Numbered from the stretch's first letter, positions 7,847-17,198 are shown. The stretch: 64,000 bases of DNA from Anaeromyxobacteraceae bacterium (GCA_032654565.1 JAULAX010000015.1:416001-480000), one strand, 5' to 3'. Notes: a model not told the origin generated them from the sequence alone. Numbers and translations are program-made.

Positions 7847-10800
7847 CTACGGCGTGACCGTGAAGGCCAGCGGCGCGGAGGCGACCACCACGGCGGTGCC
7901 GACCACCATGGTCTCCGCCGTGACGGTGTAGACGCCGGGCAGCGCCGTCAGCGGGATGGCCCAGCTGTAGGTCGCCAGCGGGGTCGCCGAGCCGAAGGCC
8001 TGGACGATGGTGCTGGTGACGCCGTCGCTGACCGTGAACTGGTAGTCATAGACGGCGGCCAGGGCGCCGCCGCTGCCGGCCGCCGTGAAGTCCACGGTGG
8101 TGCCGACCGCGGCGGTGGTGGCCGGGACGCCGAGCACCGCCGCCGCCAGGGTGACGCCGGTGGCCGGGGCCACGTCGACGGTGTAGGCGAGCGAGGCCGA
8201 GACCACGACCGCGCTGCCGACCACCTTGGCGTCGACGGTGACGGTGTAGGCGCCGGGGGCCAGGTCGAGCGGGACGGCCCAGGCGAAGCTGCCGCCGGCG
8301 ACCGACCCGAAGGCCTGGGAGGCGACCACGGTGGCGCCGCTCGTGACCGTGAACTGGTAGTCGTAGACGGCGGCCAGGGCGCCGCCGCTGGCGGCCGCGG
8401 TGAAGGTCACCGTGGTGCCGGCGGCGGAGCTGGTGGCCGGGACGGCGGCCAGGGTGACGGCGGTGGCCGGGGCCACGTCCACCGTGTAGGGGAGCGAGGC
8501 CGAGACCACGACCGCGCTGCCGACCACCTTGGCCTCCACCGAGACGGTGTAGAGGCCCGGGAGGGTGTCGACGGTGGTGACCATGGTGTAGGTGGCCAGC
8601 GGGACGGCCGCGCCGAAGGGCTGGACCACCGCGCCGTTGACCGAGAACTGGTAGTCATAGACGGCGGCCAGGGCGCCGCCGCTGGCGGCCGCGGTGAAGG
8701 TCACCGTGGTGCCGGCGGCGGAGCTGGTGGCCGGGACGGCCGCCAGGGTGACGGCGGTGGCCGGGGCTACGTCGACGGTGTAGGCGAGCGAGGTCGAGAC
8801 CACGACCGCGCTGCCGACCGCCTTGGCCTCGGCGGTGACGGTGTAGGCGCCGGGAGCCAGGTCGAGCGGGATGGCCCAGGCGAAGCTGCCGCCGGCGACC
8901 GACCCGAAGGCCTGGGAGGCGACCACGGTGGCGCCGCTCATGACCGTGAACTGGTAGTCATAGACGGCGGCCAGGGCGCCGCCGCTGGCGGCCGCGGTGA
9001 AGGTCACCGAGGTGCCGGCGGCGGAGCTGGTGGCCGGGACGGCCGCCAGGGTGACGGCCTTGGCCGGGGCCACGTCCACCGTGTAGGTGAGCGGGGCCGA
9101 GGTCACCGACGCGGCGGTGGGAGCGGTCCGGGCGTCCACCGAGACGGTGTAGGCGCCGGGGGCCTGGTCGAGCGGGATGGCCCAGGTGTAGGTGGCGAGC
9201 GGGATGGCCGCGCCGAAGGCCTGGACCACCGCGCCGTTGACCGAGAACTGGTAGTCGTAGACGGCGCCGGGGGCGCCGCCGGCGGCGGCCGCGGTGAAGG
9301 TCACCGTGGTGCCGGCGGCGGTGCTGGTGGCCGGGACGGCCGCCAGGGTGACGCCGGTGGCGAGCGCCGTGGTCACCACGTACGGGAACGTGGTGGTGGC
9401 GTCGATGTTGGCGCTGGGGCCGGTGCGGACGTCCACCTTGATGCCGTAGGTGCCGAGCACCTGGGCGAGGGGGATGTTCCAGGTCCAGGACGGGTTGAGG
9501 CTGTAGTCCTGCACCAGGGTGAAGGTGGCGCCGTTGGTGATCCAGAACCGGTAGCTGTAGACGGCTCCGGCCGGGGCGCCGCTGCCGGTGGCGGTGAAGG
9601 TCACCGAGCTGCCGGCCGGGGTGCTGGTGGCCGGGGTGGCGGCGACGGCGACGACGGTGGCGGCCGGGACCGGCGTGACCGTGAAGGCCACGGAGCCGGT
9701 GGCGTCGAGGGTGGCGGTCGGGTTGGTCCGGACGTCAGCCACGATGGTGTAGGCGCCGGGGTTCTGCGCCAGCGGGATGGCCCAGGTGTAGGTGTCGACC
9801 AGGCTGTAGTCCTGCGCCAGGGTGTAGGTGGTGCCGTCGAAGATCCAGAACCGGTAGGAGTAGACGGTCCCGACCGGGGCGCCGGCGCCGACGGCGGTGA
9901 AGACCACCGAGGAGCCGGCGGGGCTGCTGGCGGCCGGCAGGGCGGACACCGTCACCGAGGTGGCGGCCGGGAAGAGCCCGGCGCCGGTCAGCGAGACCAC
10001 CTGGCTCGGATTGGCCGGGTCGTTGCTGGCCACGGTCAGCGTGCCCGTGAAGGGGCCGCCGGCGGTGGGGGTGAAGGTGACGTAGATGTTGCAGGTCGAG
10101 CCGGCGTTCAGCGTGGTGCCGCAGTTGCCGCCGCCGGTGGCCCGGGCGAAGGGCCCGGTCACGGTGGTGGCGATGTTCCGCAGCTGGGCGCTGCCGAGGT
10201 TGCGGATGGTCACCACCTTGGCGAGGCTCTTGACGAGAATGGCCTGCGGGCTGAAGGCCAGCGTCGCCTGGTTCAGCAGCGCCACCGGGGTGGCCGGGGC
10301 GGTGCCGAAGCCGGAGAGGGCCGCGGTCTGGGTGGGGTTGATGACCGAGTCGGTCACCACCGACAGGGTGGCGGCGCTGGGGCCGGTGGCGAGCGGCTTG
10401 AAGGCGACGCCGATGTCACAGGCCTGGCCGACCGCCAGGGCGCCGACGCAGCCGTTGGCCACCAGCACGTAGTCGGTGGGGTTGAGGCCGGTGAAGCCGA
10501 CGCTGGCGACGGTGAGGGCGGCGCTGCCGATGTTGGTCAGCGTGAACTGCCGGGTGCCGCTCTGGGTGTTGACCACCTGGTTGGAGAAGACCCTCGAGGT
10601 GGGGTTCAGCTGGGCGATGGGGGCGACACCCGAGGTGGCGGTGGCGGACCAGGCGGAGGCCTCCGGCCAGCTGGCGCCGGGGACGGCGATGCTGGTGAGC
10701 ACCTTCTCGGCGCGGACCCGGTAGTAGTAGGTGACGCCGGCGACGAACGGTCCGGGATCCGAGAAGGTCACCAGGCCGGGCTGCTTGGCCGGGCGCGGCG

Positions 10801-13800
10801 CCGTCATCACGGTGGGGGCGAGGAAGTCGGGCGTGCGGTCACGCTGGACCTGGAAGGTCATGGCGCTCATCGAGTTGTCCTGCCAGCTCAGCATGTTCAC
10901 CGGCTTGGGCATCAGCTGCCGGCTGGCGGTGAGGGCCGAGGGGGCCTCGGGGGCCACCACGAACACCTCGGCGCGCAGCATGTCGTTCTCCTCGTGACCG
11001 AGGAGGTGGCAGTGCCACACGTACTCCTGCCCGAAGTTGAAGAGCTGGTTGGTGACGTTGATGGGGTTGTTGTAGATGTCCACGCCGGTGAACTGGGTGC
11101 GGGTGCCGAGCGGGCGGTCGACGTCGAGCGGCCGGACCATGTCGGGCAGCGGCCAGGGCAGCTTCTGCTTGACCGGCTGGAGGGCGACGTAGATGTCCTC
11201 GAGCTGGTTCATGCGCACCGACTCCTTCCAGCCCAGCTCGTTGGCGTCCGGGGCGCGGATCTGGCCGTCCCAGCCGACGCGGTTGATGATCTGGACGTTC
11301 ATCAGGTGGAAGTGGATGACGTGGGTGTCGACGCCGTTGTGGGTGATCTTCCAGAGCGCCGGCACGTTGTCGCTGATGAACTCGGTGGCCGGGTCGACGT
11401 TGCTGTACGGGATGGTGGTCTGCCCCAGCCAGTTGGTCATGGGGATCTCGACCGCCAGCAGCGAGTTCATCCGGCCGTAGTCGGTGCTGAAGAGCTCGTG
11501 CAGCGCCTTCCACTGGAAGGGCATGGTGACCGGGCCGGCGGCGCCCACCGGGGTGAAGGTCAGCGACTGGACGCTGATGGGCAGGTGGGTGTCGACGGTG
11601 ATGGGGGTGGGGGGCGTGCCGACCGGGGAGCCGGCCGGGACGTACATGTTGCTGAAGACGGTCTGCGGCACGATGGGCTTGAGCTGCGAGACCGGGAAGC
11701 GGGCCTTGAGGGCGGCGTCGATGCGGGCCACCTCGGCGTCATCGAGGGGCGTGGCGGCGACGGCGCCGGCGGCGTTCACCTTGACCTGCATGATGGTGCG
11801 GGTGTTGGGGCCGTAGCCGGGCAGCACCGAGGGGGCGCCGCCGGAGTCGGTCATGTCGGGGCCCCAGGTGAAGTAGTCGGTGCGGGGGTCGCCGGCCGGG
11901 ACCGGGGACGGGGAGTCGCTGTAGAGGATCAGGGTCTTCCCGGCGTACTGCGAGAAGTCCACCACCACGTCGGCGCGCTCGGCGGGGCCGAGCAGCAGGC
12001 TGTGGTCGGAGATGTTGGTGATGACGATGTTGCGCTTGTTCATCTCGTAGACGATGGGCAGCGGGGCCGAGACGGCCACCGCCGGCAGGATGCCTCCCTC
12101 GGTGCCGATCTGGACCCAGCGCGGACCGGCCATGGTGGGATCCGGGACGCCGCCGACGCGGCCGTCGGAGGGCCAGCGGAGCGGGGTGCAGGGGGCGGCC
12201 GGCGGCAGGTCAGGGCCGAACGGCAGGCCGGTGACCTGGCTGAGCGGCGAGGCCGCGTAGGGGTCGCACATCGCCGGCGGCGCGCCCAGCCCGGTGAAGC
12301 CGATGTTGGGCAGGTAGGCGGGCAGCGCCTTGACCATCTTCACCTCGGTGTCGACGAACTGCGGCGCCTCCGGGTCGGTGTAGGCGACGAAGAAGGAGAG
12401 GTTCCAGTAGCGGTCGTTGGCGGCGTTGAGGATCTGGAAGCGGTAGCGGGTCGGGTCGACGGTCATCGTCGGGTAGGCGGTGCCGTTGACGATGGGCGTG
12501 TCGAGGAACCCCTCGGGCGTCAGCGTCGGGTTGGGCGTGCTGGGGCACTCGGTCTGGCCGGTCGGGTTCCTGGGCAGGCCGGTGGCCGGGTCCAGGGTCA
12601 GGTCGACGGCGGCGGTGCTCAGGCAGGGGACGGTGAGCGGACGGGGCTGGCCGTCGAGCGTGGTGAGCGTCTGCTGGGGCGGCCAGAAGAACGGGCCGTA
12701 GTCCCAGCGGCCGTAGGGGTTGGTGGCCGAGCCGTCCGGGTTGGCCAGCCACTGGTTGGGCGTGTAGACGTGCGGCATCCAGACCGAGTCCTCGCCGCCC
12801 CACTTGGCGGAGTCCCAGGTCCGGTCGTACCAGGCCAGCTGCGCCGACGGCGGCACGAAGGTGCGGTCCTGGATGACCAGCGGGATGAGGTGGGTGAGAT
12901 CGGCGCCGGTGGCGGGGTAGGCGGGATCGGGGGTCGAGCCGAAGAAGGCGGAGCCGATGGTGCCGGGGACGCCGGCGGCGGCCAGGGCGTCCTCGTCGGT
13001 CGGGTTGGCCAGCAGGTAGCCGGCGGCCACGCCGGCCATGACGTTGAGCCGGGTGATGCCGTACGCATGGTCGTGGTAGAACATCATCCGGCCGCTCTGC
13101 TCGTTGGGCCAGTAGTAGCTGAGCTGCCCCTCGCCGGGGTTGTTGGAGGCGCCCGGGATGGGGCAGGTCATCTGCTTGGCGCACTCCGGGATCACCTTGC
13201 CGCTGGCGTCGAACCACATGTCCGGGACGTAGGCGACGGCGGCGCCCTTCTTGACCGAGGTGGTCTCACCGGCCGGGACGGTCCACTGGTGCTGCGTGCC
13301 GTCGCTGATCCAGGGCGAGTTGCCGCCGTGCAGGTGGATGGCGACGCGGTTCTCGGTGTAGGGGGTGCCGTCGGGGCCGTCGCCGGCGCCGGGCAGGGTG
13401 GTGTCGACCGGGAGGTTGAGCTTGCCGGCGGCGCCGGTGCCCAGCTCGTTGACGAACTTGAGGCGGACCGGGCGGTAGGACTGGCCGAGGATGATGGGGC
13501 CGAGGAACTGGTTCTGGCCGACGGCGGGGTCGGTGGTGTTGATCTGGTGGAAGCCGCGCTGCTTGGCGGGGTTCTTCAGGTCGGTGTGGAACCGGGTGGA
13601 GTACTCCTTCACGCCGATCTCGTAGTAGTCGTCGCCGGGGAAGGTGGTCGTGTCCGGGACCGCCAGCGGCAGGCACTTGCCGAGGGTGTCGACCTGCCCC
13701 AGGGCGCAGAGCACCGGCAGGGTGTCGACGAACTTGCGGATGCCGGTGCCGGCCGCGGCCGGGCCGGTGCAGGTGGCGCCGCCCGGGTAGGTCTGGGCGC

Positions 13801-14041
13801 CGACCACGATGGGCGGCTTGTAGCCGTCGCAGTCGCTGTCCTTGAAGCACATCACCGCGGGGAGGACCACCTGGCCGAGGGCGTCGCGGCAGGAAGCGGC
13901 GGGCAGCTTGCTCACCGTGTAGTTGGGCGAGGCGTAGTAGTCGGCCTGGCCCACCTGCGCCAGCGACGACTGGAGGCCGCCGAGGAGCGTGAAGGCCGCA
14001 ACGACGAGCCGCGCGAAGGCGGTGGAAGCTCTCTTGTGCAT
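7847..14041 (-). CDS. Very large secreted multicopper oxidase (OmpB/MofA-like) with Fn3, two ASH/choice-of-anchor-D-like Ig domains and 7 C-terminal ~100-aa repeats
   Basis: All four Cu motifs are present: IHLHG, FYHDH, HVIHFH, WHCHLLGHEENDM. Sec-type signal MHKRASTAFARLVVAAFTLLGGLQSSLA from ATG 14041. Fn3 signature LSWQDNS...YYYRVRA. Confidence 0.9.
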   Translation of the reverse strand: MHKRASTAFARLVVAAFTLLGGLQSSLAQVGQADYYASPNYTVSKLPAASCRDALGQVVLPAVMCFKDSDCDGYKPPIVVGAQTYPGGATCTGPAAAGTGIRKFVDTLPVLCALGQVDTLGKCLPLAVPDTTTFPGDDYYEIGVKEYSTRFHTDLKNPAKQRGFHQINTTDPAVGQNQFLGPIILGQSYRPVRLKFVNELGTGAAGKLNLPVDTTLPGAGDGPDGTPYTENRVAIHLHGGNSPWISDGTQHQWTVPAGETTSVKKGAAVAYVPDMWFDASGKVIPECAKQMTCPIPGASNNPGEGQLSYYWPNEQSGRMMFYHDHAYGITRLNVMAGVAAGYLLANPTDEDALAAAGVPGTIGSAFFGSTPDPAYPATGADLTHLIPLVIQDRTFVPPSAQLAWYDRTWDSAKWGGEDSVWMPHVYTPNQWLANPDGSATNPYGRWDYGPFFWPPQQTLTTLDGQPRPLTVPCLSTAAVDLTLDPATGLPRNPTGQTECPSTPNPTLTPEGFLDTPIVNGTAYPTMTVDPTRYRFQILNAANDRYWNLSFFVAYTDPEAPQFVDTEVKMVKALPAYLPNIGFTGLGAPPAMCDPYAASPLSQVTGLPFGPDLPPAAPCTPLRWPSDGRVGGVPDPTMAGPRWVQIGTEGGILPAVAVSAPLPIVYEMNKRNIVITNISDHSLLLGPAERADVVVDFSQYAGKTLILYSDSPSPVPAGDPRTDYFTWGPDMTDSGGAPSVLPGYGPNTRTIMQVKVNAAGAVAATPLDDAEVARIDAALKARFPVSQLKPIVPQTVFSNMYVPAGSPVGTPPTPITVDTHLPISVQSLTFTPVGAAGPVTMPFQWKALHELFSTDYGRMNSLLAVEIPMTNWLGQTTIPYSNVDPATEFISDNVPALWKITHNGVDTHVIHFHLMNVQIINRVGWDGQIRAPDANELGWKESVRMNQLEDIYVALQPVKQKLPWPLPDMVRPLDVDRPLGTRTQFTGVDIYNNPINVTNQLFNFGQEYVWHCHLLGHEENDMLRAEVFVVAPEAPSALTASRQLMPKPVNMLSWQDNSMSAMTFQVQRDRTPDFLAPTVMTAPRPAKQPGLVTFSDPGPFVAGVTYYYRVRAEKVLTSIAVPGASWPEASAWSATATSGVAPIAQLNPTSRVFSNQVVNTQSGTRQFTLTNIGSAALTVASVGFTGLNPTDYVLVANGCVGALAVGQACDIGVAFKPLATGPSAATLSVVTDSVINPTQTAALSGFGTAPATPVALLNQATLAFSPQAILVKSLAKVVTIRNLGSAQLRNIATTVTGPFARATGGGNCGTTLNAGSTCNIYVTFTPTAGGPFTGTLTVASNDPANPSQVVSLTGAGLFPAATSVTVSALPAASSPAGSSVVFTAVGAGAPVGTVYSYRFWIFDGTTYTLAQDYSLVDTYTWAIPLAQNPGAYTIVADVRTNPTATLDATGSVAFTVTPVPAATVVAVAATPATSTPAGSSVTFTATGSGAPAGAVYSYRFWITNGATFTLVQDYSLNPSWTWNIPLAQVLGTYGIKVDVRTGPSANIDATTTFPYVVTTALATGVTLAAVPATSTAAGTTVTFTAAAAGGAPGAVYDYQFSVNGAVVQAFGAAIPLATYTWAIPLDQAPGAYTVSVDARTAPTAASVTSAPLTYTVDVAPAKAVTLAAVPATSSAAGTSVTFTAAASGGALAAVYDYQFTVMSGATVVASQAFGSVAGGSFAWAIPLDLAPGAYTVTAEAKAVGSAVVVSTSLAYTVDVAPATAVTLAAVPATSSAAGTTVTFTAAASGGALAAVYDYQFSVNGAVVQPFGAAVPLATYTMVTTVDTLPGLYTVSVEAKVVGSAVVVSASLPYTVDVAPATAVTLAAVPATSSAAGTTVTFTAAASGGALAAVYDYQFTVTSGATVVASQAFGSVAGGSFAWAVPLDLAPGAYTVTVDAKVVGSAVVVSASLAYTVDVAPATGVTLAAAVLGVPATTAAVGTTVDFTAAGSGGALAAVYDYQFTVSDGVTSTIVQAFGSATPLATYSWAIPLTALPGVYTVTAETMVVGTAVVVASAPLAFTVTP
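7850..9967 (-). repeat. Intragenic tandem array of seven ~300-bp units encoding Ig-like domains
   Basis: Each unit reads VT(L/V)xAxPA...VxFTA...VY(S/D)Y(R/Q)F...PGxYT. Unit starts at about 9967, 9664, 9364, 9067, 8764, 8470 and 8167. Units 3-7 share long identical DNA stretches. Confidence 0.92.
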
Positions 14042-14108
14042 GTGTGGTGTTCCCCTGTGATGGCTGCAGTGACTCTGCGTGAAGCGCTGCTTGGTCGCAG
14101 GGGCATAG

Positions 14109-14324
14109 ATGCGACGTTCGGCCGCAAGTGTCATGTCGTGGCGTCATGGTGCAGGGCTCGGGAAATGCCGTGCGGTGGCGCGACGATGGGAGGGATTTGG
14201 GCGGTCGAACCTGCGGATCAACCCTGAGAAATCCGGGGCTTAAGAACTTGATCGCGGTCTAGATTATCGGTCCCGGAAGTGACAAGAAGAGACCAGTTCT
14301 CAGTGACATGAAGCGTTTACGACC
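14109..14324 (-). promoter_or_regulatory. Three-block conserved upstream module, copy A (multicopper oxidase)
   Basis: Blocks 14109-14155, 14227-14246 and 14307-14324 match blocks in 16478-16693 at offsets of 2369, 2368 and 2369. Confidence 0.75.
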
Positions 14325-14344
14325 CAAGAGTGACCGCGATCAAT

Positions 14345-14776
14345 TCAGCGGCGCTCACCCGAAGGTACGGGGCGCTGCGGCGCGTTCCCTGGCTGCTGCG
14401 GTGGCGGAGCCGGCGGGAGGCCCAGCCGCGCCCGGCGTGCCGCCTCGCGGGCGTTCCGCTGCTCGAAGGCGCCGCCGCGCCGCTGCTCGCGCAGCTCGAT
14501 CAGCGCGTCGGAGCGAGCCTCCCGGTTGGCCGGCATGGGAGGAGGCGGCGGACCGGTCTCCACGATCACGCCCGGGGCCAGCTGCGGCGGCGACGGCACC
14601 AGGAACCCATCGGCGGTCGCTTGAGGCGGCGCCCCGGCCGCGGACGGCTCCTCGGCGGGGCGCGCCACGGCCTCGGCGCGCGGCCCCTCCGGCTCGGTGA
14701 GCCGGTAGACGAGGAACATCGCCCCGGCGGTCAGGAGGAGGATCCCGAGGACCGCCAGGGCGAAGGTTCGACTCAC
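14345..14776 (-). CDS. Small membrane-anchored hypothetical protein
   Basis: GTG start 12 nt after the Kelch gene stop. N-terminal TM (FALAVLGILLLTAGAMFLV), Pro-rich linker, Arg/Glu helix. Confidence 0.6.
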   Translation of the reverse strand: MSRTFALAVLGILLLTAGAMFLVYRLTEPEGPRAEAVARPAEEPSAAGAPPQATADGFLVPSPPQLAPGVIVETGPPPPPMPANREARSDALIELREQRRGGAFEQRNAREAARRARLGLPPAPPPQQPGNAPQRPVPSGERR

Positions 14777-14788
14777 GGGTGGAGCGTC

Positions 14789-16423
14789 CTACGGGGCGCC
14801 GGCGAAGAGCTCGGCGTCGGCCAGCCCCTGGTCGCCGCTCGACCAGCCGCCCAGCACCAGCGCCTCGCCGGTGTCGAGCAGGGTGGAGCTGTGGAAGTAG
14901 CGGGCCACCGCCATCGGCTGGGTGAGCGCGAAGGTGCCCAGCACCGGGTCGTACTGCTCGGCGCTGGAGAGCGGCAGGGTGGCGCTGGTGCCGCCGGCCA
15001 GGAGCACGCGGCCGCTGGGGAGGAGCGTGGCGGTGTGCGCGTAGCGGGCCGCGTTGAGGGGGCCGGTGGTCTGGAAGGTGGTGGTGACCGGGTCGAACAG
15101 GTCGGCGCTGGCCAGGGCCCCGGCGCCGTAGCCGCCCGCCACCAGCACCGTGCCATCGCCGAGCAGCGTCGCGGTGTGGCTGTAGCGGGCGGCGTTCATC
15201 AGGCCGATGGCGGTGAAGGTGCCGGTGGCCGGGTTGAAGAGCTCGGCGGTGTCCACCGCGGCGCCGGTGAGGCCGTAGCCGCCGGTGATCAGCACCTGGC
15301 CGTCGCCGAGCAGCGTGGCGGCGTGCCAGTAGCGGGCCTGGTGCATGGCGCCGGTGGCGGTGAAGGTGCCGGTGGCCGGATCGTAGAGCTCCGCGGTGGC
15401 GAGCGGCGGGGCGCCGCCGGTGGACTGGAAGAGGCCGCCGGTGACCAGCACCTTCCCGGTCTGCAGCACCGTGGAGGCGTGGAAGAGTCGCGGCGAGGTC
15501 AGCAGGCCGGAGAAGGCGAAGGTCCCGCTGGTCGGGTCGTAGAGCTCGGTGGTGTTGAGCACGGTGCCGCCGCCAGGGCCGCCCTGGCCGCCGATGAGCA
15601 GCACCTTGCCGCCCTGGAGCAGGTCGGCGGTGTGGCTCTGCCGGGCCGCCAGCATGGCGCCGGTGTCGCTGAAGGCGCCGGCGGCCGGGTCGTAGAGCTC
15701 GGCGCTGGTCAGCGGCGCCGCCGAGAGGCCGTCACCGCCGGTGACCAGCACCTGGCCGTTGCCGAGCCGGGTGGCGGTCTGGTTCTGGCGCGCCGCCATC
15801 AGCGGCCCGGTGGGCGCGAACCCCTCGAGGCGGAGCTTGGCGATGTCGCTGGTGACGCTGCCGCCCCAGCCGTCCTCGACCACCACCCGGTAGACGGAGT
15901 TGTCGTCGGCGGCGGTGACCGGGGCGGTGGCGTAGGAGGCCCCGGTGGCGCCGGCGATGGCGACGCCGTTGAGCTGCCACTGGTAGGTGAGGGGGCCGGC
16001 GCCGGTGGCCTCCACGCTGAAGGTGACGACGGCGTCGAGCGCCACCACCTGGGTGGCCGGCTGGGTGACGATGACCGGCGCGTCGGGCTGGGCCACCGCG
16101 ATCGACAGGACCACCGAGGCGCTGCCGCCCGAGTTGGTGCCGGTGACGGTGAAGTCGGAGGCGGGGGCGACCACGGTGGGCGTCCCGCTGATGACGCCGG
16201 AGGTCCGGGAGATGATCAGCCCGGCCGGCAGGGCCGGCCAGACGCTGTACGCGGAGACGGCGCCGCCGCCGACGCTGGGCCGGTTCGGCGTGATGGCCGT
16301 CCCGGCGGTGTAGAGCGCGGTGGTGGTGGCGTAGGTGAGGCCGACCGGCGCCGGATCATTGCCACTGCAAGCGGACACGACGAAGGCGAGCGCGAGCGCC
16401 GCCGAGCGAAGAATACGAGTCAT
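14789..16423 (-). CDS. Kelch-repeat beta-propeller lipoprotein with two Ig-like domains
   Basis: Lipobox VSAC. He_PIG-like Ig (LPAGL..SGVISGTPT) and I-set Ig (YQWQLNG...YRVVV). Seven R-x-x-[HQ]-x-[AS]-x-x-L...VLxxGG Kelch repeats. Confidence 0.88.
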   Translation of the reverse strand: MTRILRSAALALAFVVSACSGNDPAPVGLTYATTTALYTAGTAITPNRPSVGGGAVSAYSVWPALPAGLIISRTSGVISGTPTVVAPASDFTVTGTNSGGSASVVLSIAVAQPDAPVIVTQPATQVVALDAVVTFSVEATGAGPLTYQWQLNGVAIAGATGASYATAPVTAADDNSVYRVVVEDGWGGSVTSDIAKLRLEGFAPTGPLMAARQNQTATRLGNGQVLVTGGDGLSAAPLTSAELYDPAAGAFSDTGAMLAARQSHTADLLQGGKVLLIGGQGGPGGGTVLNTTELYDPTSGTFAFSGLLTSPRLFHASTVLQTGKVLVTGGLFQSTGGAPPLATAELYDPATGTFTATGAMHQARYWHAATLLGDGQVLITGGYGLTGAAVDTAELFNPATGTFTAIGLMNAARYSHTATLLGDGTVLVAGGYGAGALASADLFDPVTTTFQTTGPLNAARYAHTATLLPSGRVLLAGGTSATLPLSSAEQYDPVLGTFALTQPMAVARYFHSSTLLDTGEALVLGGWSSGDQGLADAELFAGAP

Positions 16424-16477
16424 GGTGTGAGGTCCCCGTCCAAAAGTCTAAGGCAGCATCTTCCCGATCGAGGACCA

Positions 16478-16693
16478 ATGCGACTTTCGGCCGCGCCCGT
16501 CACGTCGTGGAACCATGGCTCAGGTGGGACGCGGCGCCGGGAGCCGGTGGTCGGATCGAGGCCAGCGATGGGGGGCGGTCGGTCGACGGTCCTTAGAATT
16601 CCGGGGCTTAGGAAGTCACCCGGGGCGGACCAGGGGTGGGGGGCCGCCCGGCTGGAGCTCCTGAGTTACCGGACGCATCAAACGCTTACGCCC
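16478..16693 (-). promoter_or_regulatory. Three-block conserved upstream module, copy B (Kelch lipoprotein)
   Basis: Blocks 16478-16524, 16595-16614 and 16676-16693 are collinear with copy A. Confidence 0.75.
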
Positions 16694-16694
16694 C

Positions 16695-17198
16695 TTATTC
16701 GCCACCCGGCCAGGCGTGGACGGTGACGAAGTAGGCCACCCCGTTCTTCTCGCCGGTCACCTGGTGGATGATCCGCTTCCCCTTCTCGATGGTCAGGCGC
16801 GACTGGGTGTTGCGCTGCGCCAGGGCCACCTCGATGGTGACGTTCCGCCCGTTGCTCTCCTGCACCGTCAGCGCCACGTGGTCGCCGTTGGGCAGGTCGA
16901 TGAACTCGGTCTTCTTCACCGCCATGCGGAAGTCGCGCTCGCTCAGCTGCTCCCAGCGCTGGTAGGCCAGCTTGCCGAGCTGCTGCTTGAGCGGCGCCAT
17001 GCCGGGCGGCAGCGAGGCCGGCCCCTGGCGGGAGCCCTTGATGACCCGCACCCGCACCGGCACTGGGGCGCCCTGGGGGGCCGCCGCCGGGGTGGCCTGG
17101 CCCGGGGCCTGGGGCGGGCTGGCCGGCTCGGCGGCGGCGGCGGCGGGGGTGGAGAGCAGGGCGGGGAGCAGCAGCGCGGCCACGGCGAAGCGGATCAT
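16695..17198 (-). CDS. Secreted hypothetical protein, third gene of the ECF operon
   Basis: Signal peptide MIRFAVAALLLPALL..AAA, then a beta-rich domain. ATGA overlap with the anti-sigma stop. Confidence 0.8.
   Translation of the reverse strand: MIRFAVAALLLPALLSTPAAAAAEPASPPQAPGQATPAAAPQGAPVPVRVRVIKGSRQGPASLPPGMAPLKQQLGKLAYQRWEQLSERDFRMAVKKTEFIDLPNGDHVALTVQESNGRNVTIEVALAQRNTQSRLTIEKGKRIIHQVTGEKNGVAYFVTVHAWPGGE

Noticed and set aside
2976..7931. 1651-aa plus-strand ORF, and similar long ORFs at 10994-14227, 30576-35201 and 35370-39020
   Set aside because: Antisense or off-frame shadows of well-supported genes. High GC3 removes stop codons and no family motifs are present.
7850..9967. Repeat array as CRISPR, DGR or mobile element
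   Set aside because: Units are ~300 bp, in frame and protein-coding. There are no spacers, cas genes, reverse transcriptase or adenine-specific variation.
14789..16423. Kelch protein as a galactose-oxidase-type copper radical oxidase
   Set aside because: The protein ends right after the seventh blade, lacking the C-terminal domain that supplies a His ligand. No Cys is present for the Cys-Tyr cofactor.
14042..16694. c-di-GMP-I/GEMM riboswitch in the duplicated upstream module
   Set aside because: No GGCAAA..GAAA..GACGCAAAGC core on the sense strand. The GTGGGACGC at ~16524 is on the wrong strand and incomplete. An Infernal search would settle it.
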